From positions 4,183 to 68,182 of the forward strand of contig CAYSHH010000003.1 in assembly GCA_964430945.1 (NCBI GenBank): 64,000 bases of DNA, read 5' to 3'. The notes beneath the pieces are model-generated. The model did not search any database. It saw nothing but the letters and a program-made list of their open reading frames with translations, and was not told the origin of the DNA. Both the position numbers and the translations under genes were made by a program. Position 1 is the first letter of the stretch. The number at the start of each line of letters is the position of its first letter. This document shows, piece after piece, positions 55,909 through 64,000 of the stretch. This DNA comes from an uncultured Candidatus Saccharibacteria bacterium. Its GTDB lineage: Bacteria; Patescibacteriota; UBA1384; JAMDBS01; CAYSHH01.

Positions 55909-57084
55909 ATGAATCAAATTGGAGCATTACCATCACAAGTAATTAGAAAAATATCAAAACTGAGTCATGTGACTTGCGCCGGTAAAACTGTTTTAGAAGA
56001 CAATATTCAACCAGCTAGTTTAGACCTTACGCTTAGCGACAAAGGTTGGTGTGTAAAAAGTACCTTTTTACCACGGACAAATGAAAAAATAGAAGACGCG
56101 ATAAACAGATATAAACTGTATGATATTGATTTGAGTTCGCCAGTAGTTTTAAACACTGGAGTTTCATATATTTTAAAACTGAATGAAGAATTTAATCTCG
56201 ATAAATCAATTTATGGTTATTCAAGCCCGAAAAGTTCATCTGGTAGAATTAATCTTTGGGTTAGAACATTGGCAGACAATGTCCCAAGATTTGATAAGAT
56301 CCCTTATGGTTACAAGGGGCCGTTATATATATTGGTTTCCGCATCTTCATGGCCAGTGCAACTCGAAAAAGATATTTCTCTAAACCAAATGATGTTTTTT
56401 AACGGACATAATACATTGTCAGACTTTGAACTGAAGTTAGTACATCAGGAATCGGGATTGTTGTTTGACGATCAAGAAAATAAAATAACAAGTGATTATC
56501 TAGCAGACAATGGACTTCTACTTACAGCCGATCTTTCAAGTGATATTATCGCTTACAAAGCGAAAAGTACTGTTGGAGTTTTGGATCTTAGTAAAAAATA
56601 TCATTATGATCTGAATGACTTTTTTATGCCCATCTATAAGCAAAAAGATGAGGAGATCGTTTTAGAAAAAAATGGATTTTATCTACTGTCCTCAAACGAA
56701 AGAATTTCAGTTCCACCAGATTATGCAGTAGAAATGGTGGCATATGACATATCGTCTGGTGAATTTAGATCACACTATGCAGGGTTTTTTGACCCAGGGT
56801 TTGGATATAGCAAGAAAAAGGAAATCAGCGGAAGACAGGCAGTTCTTGAAGTATGTCCTCATGAAACATTCATCTTAAGACACAAGCAGCCAGTTTGTAA
56901 GATGATTTATGAATACATGGTTCAAGTCCCGGATAAGATATATGGACAAGACACGAATTCTCATTATTATCTACAACAAGGCCCTCAGCTTGGGAAATAT
57001 TTTAAAAAAATAAAAAATGATAATTTGTATAAAAAAAGTTCTAAGATAAAAAAGAAAGGCAACGATGAAAAGCAACGGTTCTAA
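55909..57084 (+). CDS. dcd: Long-form dCTP deaminase-like (dUTPase-fold) protein
   Basis: PASLDLTLSDKGWCV and FFDPGFGYSKKKEISGRQAVLEV resemble Dcd motifs. The 391-aa length matches the long 2'-deoxycytidine 5'-triphosphate deaminase family. Confidence 0.6.
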   Translation: MNQIGALPSQVIRKISKLSHVTCAGKTVLEDNIQPASLDLTLSDKGWCVKSTFLPRTNEKIEDAINRYKLYDIDLSSPVVLNTGVSYILKLNEEFNLDKSIYGYSSPKSSSGRINLWVRTLADNVPRFDKIPYGYKGPLYILVSASSWPVQLEKDISLNQMMFFNGHNTLSDFELKLVHQESGLLFDDQENKITSDYLADNGLLLTADLSSDIIAYKAKSTVGVLDLSKKYHYDLNDFFMPIYKQKDEEIVLEKNGFYLLSSNERISVPPDYAVEMVAYDISSGEFRSHYAGFFDPGFGYSKKKEISGRQAVLEVCPHETFILRHKQPVCKMIYEYMVQVPDKIYGQDTNSHYYLQQGPQLGKYFKKIKNDNLYKKSSKIKKKGNDEKQRF

Positions 57085-58480
57085 TCAAAAGATTCAGAGA
57101 AGAACATATTTATTGGATGGAAAAAGTGAAGAAAATATTGCGATGGCGATGGCTGTTACTAGTAGATCTCCATTACCATTTGATAAGATATTATCACAAA
57201 TAAACGATCGAAAATCATCTGATTTTTTAGAAAAATTTTATATAACTTATGGTCATGGATCGATTGCTGACACGGCTTTTATTCATATTGCAATTGAAAA
57301 TATTTCACAAATTGCTGTAAAAGAACTAGAGAATACAAGACTCGGTGCTTACCAAGAAAAATCAACTCGCTATCAAATTCTTGATCGTAAACATGTCGTA
57401 TATCCAAAAGAAATTGTCGAGTCTAAATTTGCAAAAGAATATCACGATACCATAAATATGCTATTTGATTTATATGATGATTTTGTTGAGATATTGCTTG
57501 AAAAAGCGCGTATAAAAGATCCTAGGAAAAAGGGAGAAAAAAAAGGTGTTTATGAAAATAGAATAAGAATTCCAGTGATCGATCGATGTCGTCTAATACT
57601 ACCAGTTTCTGTAATGTGCAATGTCGGTCTAACAATGTCGGCTCGCTCAATTGAATATACAATCGCCAAATTGCTATCAAATCCGATTTCTGAAGTTCAA
57701 GATCTAGGAAGGGACATTAAAAAGGTTGCCATTAAAAAACTACCAATTCTAGTAAAATATGCAAACAAAATCGACTATTTCCAAGAAACTCAAGAAAGAA
57801 TATCAACTATTTCCAAAAAAAATATTGGAATCAAAGTGAATCAGCACCCCAAAAACAAACCAGTGGATTTGGTTTCTTATGACAAAAATGCACTCGATAA
57901 AGTAATCACCACAGTTTTTGAAAGATATTCGGGTAAGTCGTATAAAACAATAAAATCGAAAGTAAGAAAAATGTCCCAAAAGCAAAAACAAAAAGTTTTT
58001 GATGATATAATTGGAAAAAGAACAAAGAGACATGATAAACCATTAAGGGAATTAGAATATACTGATTATGTTTTTGATATTGTCTGTGACTACGGTGCTT
58101 TTAAAGATTTGCAAAGGCACAGAATGACAACACAAACATGGCAAAAATTTACAACAGATTTGGGCTATATCGAGCCATTAAATCTAAAGGAAACGGGTAG
58201 AGAAAAAGAGTATCACGAGGTAATGAAAAAAACAGCGAAAGTTTTTAATAAAATATCAAAAGAAATGCCATTATTAGCTCAATACATTATCCCAATGGCG
58301 TATCGCAGAAGATTTATGATGAAAATGAATCTTCGTGAAGCAATATATCTGATCGAATTACGCTCAAGCAAACAAGGACACATATCATATCGTCGAATAG
58401 CAAATCAGATGTGGGATGCGATAAACAAAGTACATCCTTATTTTGCCAAGCATATTAAAGTAGACAAAGAAGGAATTTGA
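57065..58480 (+). CDS. thyX: Flavin-dependent thymidylate synthase ThyX-like (long form, 471 aa)
   Basis: ThyX motifs: ISQIAVKELENTRLGAYQEKSTRY (like vSRa..hqLvRHRlasysqeSqRY), DYGAFKDLQRHRMTTQTWQ (RHR), RCRLILPVSV and LREAIYLIELRSS. Confidence 0.7.
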   Translation: MKSNGSNQKIQRRTYLLDGKSEENIAMAMAVTSRSPLPFDKILSQINDRKSSDFLEKFYITYGHGSIADTAFIHIAIENISQIAVKELENTRLGAYQEKSTRYQILDRKHVVYPKEIVESKFAKEYHDTINMLFDLYDDFVEILLEKARIKDPRKKGEKKGVYENRIRIPVIDRCRLILPVSVMCNVGLTMSARSIEYTIAKLLSNPISEVQDLGRDIKKVAIKKLPILVKYANKIDYFQETQERISTISKKNIGIKVNQHPKNKPVDLVSYDKNALDKVITTVFERYSGKSYKTIKSKVRKMSQKQKQKVFDDIIGKRTKRHDKPLRELEYTDYVFDIVCDYGAFKDLQRHRMTTQTWQKFTTDLGYIEPLNLKETGREKEYHEVMKKTAKVFNKISKEMPLLAQYIIPMAYRRRFMMKMNLREAIYLIELRSSKQGHISYRRIANQMWDAINKVHPYFAKHIKVDKEGI

Positions 58481-58538
58481 GTAAATTTCTCATAAAGCCC
58501 AAAAATATAAAAAATCAATGCTATTATGTACTATTTTG

Positions 58539-58567
58539 ATTGACAAAAACGTATTTCTGTGTTACTA
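58539..58567 (+). promoter_or_regulatory. Sigma-70-like promoter upstream of the thrS leader
   Basis: TTGACA -35 box, 17-nt spacer, TACTAT -10 box. Confidence 0.55.
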
Positions 58568-58579
58568 TTTACTCAGTTA

Positions 58580-58747
58580 GTTCAAAAATGATGACAAAGC
58601 TTAACCAACTTTAGAGTTTTTGACGCAAGCATAAGCGATAATATGTAAAAGTGATCCGTTAAAGATAAATTGGGTGGAACCGTCCTAAAAAGGACCCCAA
58701 TATCCGAAACGGGTTTTTGTTTTATAAATATAAATAAGGGGATTATT
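58580..58747 (+). promoter_or_regulatory. Possible T-box riboswitch leader of thrS
   Basis: aaattgggtggaaccgtcc (58667..58685) resembles the T-box consensus AATTAGGGTGGTACCGCG. An ACC triplet lies in the upstream leader. A short hairpin plus T-tract (atccg-aaa-cgggt ttttt) follows. The structure is not fully resolved. Confidence 0.35.
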
Positions 58748-60511
58748 ATGAAAAAAGAATTAGAAGCACTTAGACACTCAAGCTCTCATGTCATGACAAT
58801 GGCAGTTTTAGAGCTGTTTCCAAAAGCTAAAATGGGTGTGGGTCCTGCTACCGAAGATGGTTTTTATCAAGATTATGACCTTGGTAGACCATTAACACCA
58901 AAAGATATAAAAAAGATTGAAAAGATAATGGGCAAAATTAAATCTCAAAAACTCAAATTTGAACACGAAAATTGGGGTGTACTTAAAGCTAGAAATTACT
59001 TCAAAAAAATCGATCAAAAATACAAAGTTGAGATGATTGACGATCTTGTCAAAGCAGAAGAAGACAAGGGAAAAAAGTTAAAAAAAGTATCAATCTACAA
59101 AATCGGAGATTATGCTGATCTTTGTGTCGGACCTCATGTGAAAACAACAGCCAATATCGGTTTTTACAAACTTCTCTCAATTGCAGGTGCTTACTGGCGT
59201 GGAGACGAAAACAATAAAATGCTCCAAAGAATTTATGGGACTGCATTCGAAACTAAAGATGAACTCAAAAAATACATTATTACTACCGAAGAAGCAAAAC
59301 GATATGACCACAGAATGATCGGTAAGCGTCTCGGCCTTTTTATGTTTGATGAAGAAGTCGGCCCTGGTCTTCCATTGTGGTTACCAAAAGGAGCTCGTCT
59401 TTTAAACACTATAAAAGAATATGCCTTTCATACTTATCTTGAAAACGGATATGAACCAGTTTCAACACCACATATTGCATCTATTAAGCTTTTCAAACAT
59501 TCGGGACATCTAGATTTTTACAAAGAAAATTTATATAGTCCATTCGAGCTTGAAAAGGACAAGTACATGGTAAAACCAATGAATTGTCCTTTTCATGTAG
59601 CGATGTATAACTCCGATATACATTCATATAGAGATTTACCAATTCGTTGGACTGAAATGGGTACAGTATATCGATATGAAAAAAGTGGCGTACTTCATGG
59701 ACTTACACGTGTTCGAGGCTTTACTCAAGACGATGCACATATTATTTGCACCCCAGAACAACTTTCTAGTGAATTAAATAAGGCATTAAAACTTACTAAA
59801 GAAATGTTAAAAACATTTGGCTTTAAGGATTTTGAGCTCAATATCTCGATACGTGATCCTAAAAATACAAAAAAATATATTGGTTTAGACGAAGAATGGA
59901 AAAAGGCAGAAGAATCTCTTGTCGCAGCAATAAAAAAAGCTGGATTCAAAGATTTTATTTATGATATCGGTGGGGCAGTATTCTACGGCCCAAAAATTGA
60001 TATAAAGATCAAAGACGCCCTAGGAAGAGAATGGCAGCTTTCTACTATTCAGGTTGATTTTAACTTGCCAGAGCGTTTTAAAATGACTTATATTGATAAA
60101 GACGGTAAGGAGAAGACACCGTTTATGATTCACCGTGCGCTTCTCGGATCCTTAGAAAGATTTATCGGAGTACTTCTAGAATATCATAAGGGCGAACTTC
60201 CTCTATGGCTTAATCCGATGCAAGTGAAAATATTACCAATTACAGACAAACATATAAAATATGCCGAGAAAATAAAAAAAGAGCTCAATGAAAACAATAT
60301 ACTAGCTCAAATTGATACACGCTCAGAGTCTACTGGTAAAAAAATTCGTGACGCTCAACTAGAAAAGGTTCCCTACATGTTAATTATTGGAGATAGAGAG
60401 GAAAAAGCAGGTAAAGTAGCGGTTCGAACAAGAGCTGGTAAAGATAAGGGTGCGATCGCAATGAGTTCTTTCTTGGAAGAAATTAAACAGGAAATTGCCA
60501 AGAAGAAATAA
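58748..60511 (+). CDS. thrS: Threonyl-tRNA synthetase lacking the N-terminal TGS/editing domains
   Basis: RHSSSHVM, the class II motifs, Zn ligands (CPFHV...HGLTRVRGFTQDDAHIIC) and an anticodon-binding C-terminus. ATG at 58748 with SD aagggga. Confidence 0.9.
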   Translation: MKKELEALRHSSSHVMTMAVLELFPKAKMGVGPATEDGFYQDYDLGRPLTPKDIKKIEKIMGKIKSQKLKFEHENWGVLKARNYFKKIDQKYKVEMIDDLVKAEEDKGKKLKKVSIYKIGDYADLCVGPHVKTTANIGFYKLLSIAGAYWRGDENNKMLQRIYGTAFETKDELKKYIITTEEAKRYDHRMIGKRLGLFMFDEEVGPGLPLWLPKGARLLNTIKEYAFHTYLENGYEPVSTPHIASIKLFKHSGHLDFYKENLYSPFELEKDKYMVKPMNCPFHVAMYNSDIHSYRDLPIRWTEMGTVYRYEKSGVLHGLTRVRGFTQDDAHIICTPEQLSSELNKALKLTKEMLKTFGFKDFELNISIRDPKNTKKYIGLDEEWKKAEESLVAAIKKAGFKDFIYDIGGAVFYGPKIDIKIKDALGREWQLSTIQVDFNLPERFKMTYIDKDGKEKTPFMIHRALLGSLERFIGVLLEYHKGELPLWLNPMQVKILPITDKHIKYAEKIKKELNENNILAQIDTRSESTGKKIRDAQLEKVPYMLIIGDREEKAGKVAVRTRAGKDKGAIAMSSFLEEIKQEIAKKK

Positions 60512-60531
60512 CTGTTAAAAATATCATTCTT

Positions 60532-60568
60532 AAAAAAAGAAAAAATCGGGATTTGACCCGATTTTTTC
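60532..60568. terminator. Bidirectional terminator between thrS and the convergent MiaB-like gene
   Basis: aatcggg-atttga-cccgatt flanked by A and T tracts. Confidence 0.8.
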
Positions 60569-60589
60569 TTTACCGATTAAACACAAAAA

Positions 60590-61654
60590 TTATTTCCTCG
60601 TGTTAATCAGCTTGTTTAAAATACTCCATCTTCTTTTTTTCTCTTCTCGAGAAACATTATCATTAAATTTCATTTGAGCTAGTGTTTGAGGACGTGGAGA
60701 ATATTGGGCGACAAAAGCGCCATTAAAATCAATTTTTTTACATATTTTAACACTGTCTGTAAATTGTTTAGTGGTTTCACCAGGAAAACCTACGATTACG
60801 TCAGTTGTTAGTTTTAGATTGCTAATTTCTGATTTAAGACTCGACACAACGTTACAATATTCTTTTACGCTATACCCACGATTCATCTTTTTTAGTATTT
60901 TATTATTTCCAGACTGCAGTGGTAAATGCAAATGTCGATTCCATTTTTTAGCAGTGATTAAAAATGAAACTAATCGTTTTGTAAAATTTCTAGGATTCGC
61001 ACTTATAAAATTATATTTAAAATCGCCGGGAATGATATCAACCTTCACTAAAAGATTTGTAAAATCGTCAGTATTATTTTTACTTGATTTAAAATTATTA
61101 ACATTTTGTCCCAGAAGAATAATATTTTTTCTACCCATATTTATTTCATATTTAATTTCAGAGATAATATCCGAAATTTTTCTAGATCTTTCTCTTCCAC
61201 GCGTATATGGAACTGCACAATAAGTACAAAAATTATTGCACCCTTGCATAATTGGCACAAAAGCAGTTTCAGGGTCCGTATCGGCTGGAGCGAAGTAATA
61301 TTCGTTAAGAGATTTAACTGACTTAATATTTTTAATATTCGATCCAATATATTTCATAATATCATCGGGGTCTACAAAAATACCGTTTTTATCAGAAATG
61401 CGCTTCTTGTCTTCTTCTAATACACACCCAGTTACGATGGTTTTTATTTTGATATTTTGTTTTCTAAGAGATTCTATTTTTCCAATAATCTTATCAACTG
61501 GTTTCTGTCTTACTGAACAAGAGAGTATAAACACAATATCTGCGTCTCTTGGCGAATTAACATAAATATAACCCATCTTAGTCAAAAGATGGGTTATATT
61601 CTTAGCGTCATAATAATTATATTGACAACCTAATATTTCTACAGCAAATCTCAT
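60590..61654 (-). CDS. MiaB/RimO-family radical SAM methylthiotransferase-like enzyme without TRAM domain
   Basis: N-terminal MTTase domain (ILGCQYN...VFILSCSVRQ) and the rSAM CNNFCTYC. 354 aa, no C-terminal TRAM. Confidence 0.75.
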   Translation of the reverse strand: MRFAVEILGCQYNYYDAKNITHLLTKMGYIYVNSPRDADIVFILSCSVRQKPVDKIIGKIESLRKQNIKIKTIVTGCVLEEDKKRISDKNGIFVDPDDIMKYIGSNIKNIKSVKSLNEYYFAPADTDPETAFVPIMQGCNNFCTYCAVPYTRGRERSRKISDIISEIKYEINMGRKNIILLGQNVNNFKSSKNNTDDFTNLLVKVDIIPGDFKYNFISANPRNFTKRLVSFLITAKKWNRHLHLPLQSGNNKILKKMNRGYSVKEYCNVVSSLKSEISNLKLTTDVIVGFPGETTKQFTDSVKICKKIDFNGAFVAQYSPRPQTLAQMKFNDNVSREEKKRRWSILNKLINTRK

Positions 61655-61664
61655 CTACGCAATT

Positions 61665-62402
61665 TTATTTCTCGTTTTTAGAATCTTTTTTGTCTGCACC
61701 TTCTTTTTTAGTTCCTTCGCCGTCTTTTTCAGCTTTTTCGGCTTCTTTAGCGTCTTTTTCTGCCTGAGCTTCTTCTTCCATCTTTTCTACGGCTTCTTTT
61801 TCTGCATCAGCAGCTGTTCCTTCGAGAGCTTCAAGTTCTTCTTCGCTTCTTGGTGGATTAACAAGTGCGATTACCTCGTCAGCCTCGATCATAGGCTTAA
61901 TTTTTTCTGGAATATTTAAATCACTAGCTTTTATTTGATCGTCAAATGTTTTAAGTCTTGAAATGTCAACAACTATTTCATGAACTAAATCTCCAGGCAA
62001 ACATTCAACTTCGATCTCATCGTAGTTGGCAATAAAGCTACCCTCTTGATCTTTAACGGCAGGAGATACACCAATAAATTTAATAGGAATTTCAGTTGTA
62101 ATCTTCTCATCCATTTTGATAGCGTATAGATCTGCGTGTATGGGCTGACTTGTTATTGGGTGAAATTGAATATCCTGAATAAGTACTTTATCAGCTGCTT
62201 TATCATCAATTTGAATGTCGATAAGCGAACTAGTTCCTGCTTTTTTATAAACATCAGAAAATTTCTTTAGATCAATCTCAAGACTTTCTGATTTTTTTCC
62301 TTTACCATATAAAACTACAGGCAAAATACCATTCTCACGAAGTTCTTTAACTTTTCTGCCAGTAATTTCTCTTTTTTTAGCTTTAAGTGTTATTTTTTCC
62401 AT
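61665..62402 (-). CDS. rplY: Ribosomal protein L25 / general stress protein Ctc
   Basis: MEKITLKAKKREITGRKVKELRENGILPVVLYGKGKKS...; the long form has an acidic/lysine tail. Confidence 0.85.
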   Translation of the reverse strand: MEKITLKAKKREITGRKVKELRENGILPVVLYGKGKKSESLEIDLKKFSDVYKKAGTSSLIDIQIDDKAADKVLIQDIQFHPITSQPIHADLYAIKMDEKITTEIPIKFIGVSPAVKDQEGSFIANYDEIEVECLPGDLVHEIVVDISRLKTFDDQIKASDLNIPEKIKPMIEADEVIALVNPPRSEEELEALEGTAADAEKEAVEKMEEEAQAEKDAKEAEKAEKDGEGTKKEGADKKDSKNEK

Positions 62403-62716
62403 AGCTTTATAAAATCTCCATCAAATTCATTAATTTGTTTATCTATTATTTTTTTATTATCAATCGAAATGTAATTATTGTTTTTATGTATAGCTTTAGG
62501 CTTAGGGTTTTTGTCTAATATCACAACGTGTACACTTTGTACATTTTCATGCCCCTTGTTACAGTTTAGATGCAATATTGCAATCTCATCTAAAATATAT
62601 TTTACTTTAATCTCGTTTATATCAAATTTTCTGTTACAAATTGGACATCTAGTTTGCTTTTGTATTTTTCGAATTAAATTTAAAATATGTTTATACATTA
62701 TTCTCCTTAGATACAC
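62390..62716 (-). CDS. Small Zn-ribbon protein
   Basis: CPICNRK...LNCNKGH Cys/His pattern. Overlaps the L25 start. Confidence 0.4.
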   Translation of the reverse strand: MYLRRIMYKHILNLIRKIQKQTRCPICNRKFDINEIKVKYILDEIAILHLNCNKGHENVQSVHVVILDKNPKPKAIHKNNNYISIDNKKIIDKQINEFDGDFIKLWKK

Positions 62717-62787
62717 CTGGTATTATACAAAAATAACGTAAATTAGTCAACGCACAAAAAATATGGTATATTCTAGTTATTAATTTT

Positions 62788-63825
62788 ATGAAAACAAAAA
62801 TAATTTGCACAATTGGACCAGCTTCGGACAGCGAGGCAATGATTAGAAGTCTTATTAAGAACGACATGCAAATCGCACGGTTTAACTTTTCGCATAATTC
62901 ACACGAGTATCATCGCGAAAAGATTAAATTAGTCAGATCTGTAGCCAAACAACTCAATAAAAATGTTAAAATACTCTGCGATCTACAGGGACCCAAGATT
63001 AGAGTATCAAATTTTCCAAATCCTCCGATAGTTCTTAAATCACGCCAAAGGGTTATACTTACAACGGGAAAATACGATTTAACAAAAAAAAATCATGTTG
63101 TCGAAATTGGTATAGACGATAAATATCTCCATGCAGATGTAAAAAAAGACGACACTATACTTATGGATGACGGAAAGATTGAGCTAAAAGTTGTTGAAGT
63201 TAGACAATTTAAAATCTATTGCCGTGTTTTAAATGGAGGTGATCTGTACCCATTAAAGGGATTAAATCTACCTACCACGTCCACCACGACAAATTCGCTA
63301 ACACCAAAGGACAAAAAAGATTTAAAGTTTATGCTAACTCAAAAACCAGAATATATTGCAATATCATTTGTTCAATGCAAAGAGGATATTGAGCGTTTAA
63401 GAAAACTTATAAATAATCCAAAGATTAAAATTGTATCAAAAATTGAGCGTGCACCAGCTATGGATCATCTAGAAGAAATTTTAGAAGTTTCTGATATGGT
63501 TATGGTTGCGAGAGGTGATCTTGGTGTGGAAATACCTATAGAGCGCTTACCAATATTACAAAAGCAAATTATTAAAAGATCTAATTACCTAGCAAAACCA
63601 GTAATTACCGCGACTCAGCTTTTAGATTCTATGACCGAGAATCCTTATCCAACTCGTGCAGAAGCGACCGATGTGGCCAATGCGATATTTGATGGTACAA
63701 ATGCAGTTATGCTATCCAATGAAACAGCAGTTGGCAAATACCCAATTAAGTCACTTCAAATGCTTGTAAGGATCGTAAATGAGACAGAAAAATTTATTTA
63801 TAGAGATGCATCATCTTCTTGCTGA
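62788..63825 (+). CDS. pyk: Pyruvate kinase, short form without the C-terminal domain
   Basis: [52 protein letters not shown]. 345 aa, against about 470 for the canonical enzyme. Confidence 0.85.
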   Translation: MKTKIICTIGPASDSEAMIRSLIKNDMQIARFNFSHNSHEYHREKIKLVRSVAKQLNKNVKILCDLQGPKIRVSNFPNPPIVLKSRQRVILTTGKYDLTKKNHVVEIGIDDKYLHADVKKDDTILMDDGKIELKVVEVRQFKIYCRVLNGGDLYPLKGLNLPTTSTTTNSLTPKDKKDLKFMLTQKPEYIAISFVQCKEDIERLRKLINNPKIKIVSKIERAPAMDHLEEILEVSDMVMVARGDLGVEIPIERLPILQKQIIKRSNYLAKPVITATQLLDSMTENPYPTRAEATDVANAIFDGTNAVMLSNETAVGKYPIKSLQMLVRIVNETEKFIYRDASSSC

Positions 63826-64000
63826 TTATCTCGCCACTCGCTAATAAGAGCATGATTCCCAGACAAAAGAATTTCAGGAACTCTAAGGGCTCCTGTTCTT
63901 TTTGATTTCGGGATAAACTCTTGTGGTCTGGTATACTGAGGATATTGTTTTCTACCTATTTTCGTATGAGTCTCAGATATCAAAGATTCTCTAGTTATTA
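63798..64000 (-). CDS. trmD: tRNA (guanine37-N1)-methyltransferase TrmD, C-terminal part; the gene continues beyond the window
   Basis: ...[10 protein letters not shown]...[17 protein letters not shown] matches the TrmD C-terminus. No start codon lies inside the window. Confidence 0.7.
   Translation of the reverse strand, partial: ITRESLISETHTKIGRKQYPQYTRPQEFIPKSKRTGALRVPEILLSGNHALISEWRDNQQEDDASL

Noticed and set aside
1-64000. CRISPR array, cas genes, restriction-modification, integrase/transposase
   Set aside because: No regularly spaced short direct repeats were found. There is no tyrosine/serine recombinase or DDE transposase signature in any frame, not even inside the tmRNA-flanked insertion. 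No methyltransferase with DPPY/NPPY or restriction endonuclease motifs was seen; the methyltransferases present are small-molecule or lipid types.

Overview
AT-rich (about 30-33% GC by eye), compact bacterial chromosomal segment read in standard code 11 (TGA, TAA and TAG all terminate well-supported genes). Most genes are co-directional, many overlap by 4-25 nt, and several housekeeping proteins have reduced domain architectures: ThrRS lacks the N-terminal TGS/editing region, pyruvate kinase lacks the C-terminal regulatory domain, and the MiaB-like enzyme lacks a TRAM domain. Together with RNase Y, tandem DUF881 genes, a T-box-like leader and a V-type H+-pyrophosphatase, this points to a reduced Gram-positive-type or Patescibacteria (CPR)-like genome. 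That lineage call is inference only.

Recognisable content:
- Core genes: uvrB (partial), folC, truB, mpg, smpB, tmk, a long-form dcd, a long-form thyX, thrS, L25/Ctc, pyk, trmD (partial) and rny.
- Ten minus-strand tRNAs: Glu, Lys, Arg x3, His, Gly, Pro and Val.
- A tmRNA (ssrA) with promoter, tag-peptide frame and terminator.

Main hunt results:
1. A 19-bp perfect direct repeat of the tmRNA 3' end brackets a ~3.1 kb inserted island with no integrase. It carries a radical-SAM/SPASM enzyme translationally coupled to a 36-aa Cys/Gly-rich peptide, a C39-like cysteine peptidase and a frameshifted XRE HTH gene. This looks like a candidate RiPP/bacteriocin-like module on a tmRNA-targeted mini-island.
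2. A translationally coupled pair of a cyclopropane-fatty-acid-synthase-family methyltransferase and a FAD-binding (PCMH-type) oxidoreductase. It resembles the BfaB/BfaA (TmsB/TmsA) 10-methyl fatty acid system and sits next to a DUF3795 Cys-rich protein.
3. An orphan HgdC/BcrAD-type [4Fe-4S] ATPase activase with a DUF2229-like partner and a methyltransferase, with no dehydratase or reductase client nearby.
4. A ~8 kb accessory stretch of small-molecule-modifying enzymes (NUDIX x2, GNAT x2, HAD, AroK-like kinase, HD, class-III aminotransferase, Qnr/MfpA-like pentapeptide protein, HIT). It shows a ~370-bp segmental duplication (95% nt identity), a remnant of the DUF3795 gene 3' end and a remnant of the pentapeptide gene 5' end.
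5. A compositionally distinct segment (higher GC, strong Shine-Dalgarno sites, GC-rich hairpins) encoding an SPFH lipoprotein and a convergent unknown gene.

No CRISPR array, integrase, transposase or restriction-modification genes were seen.
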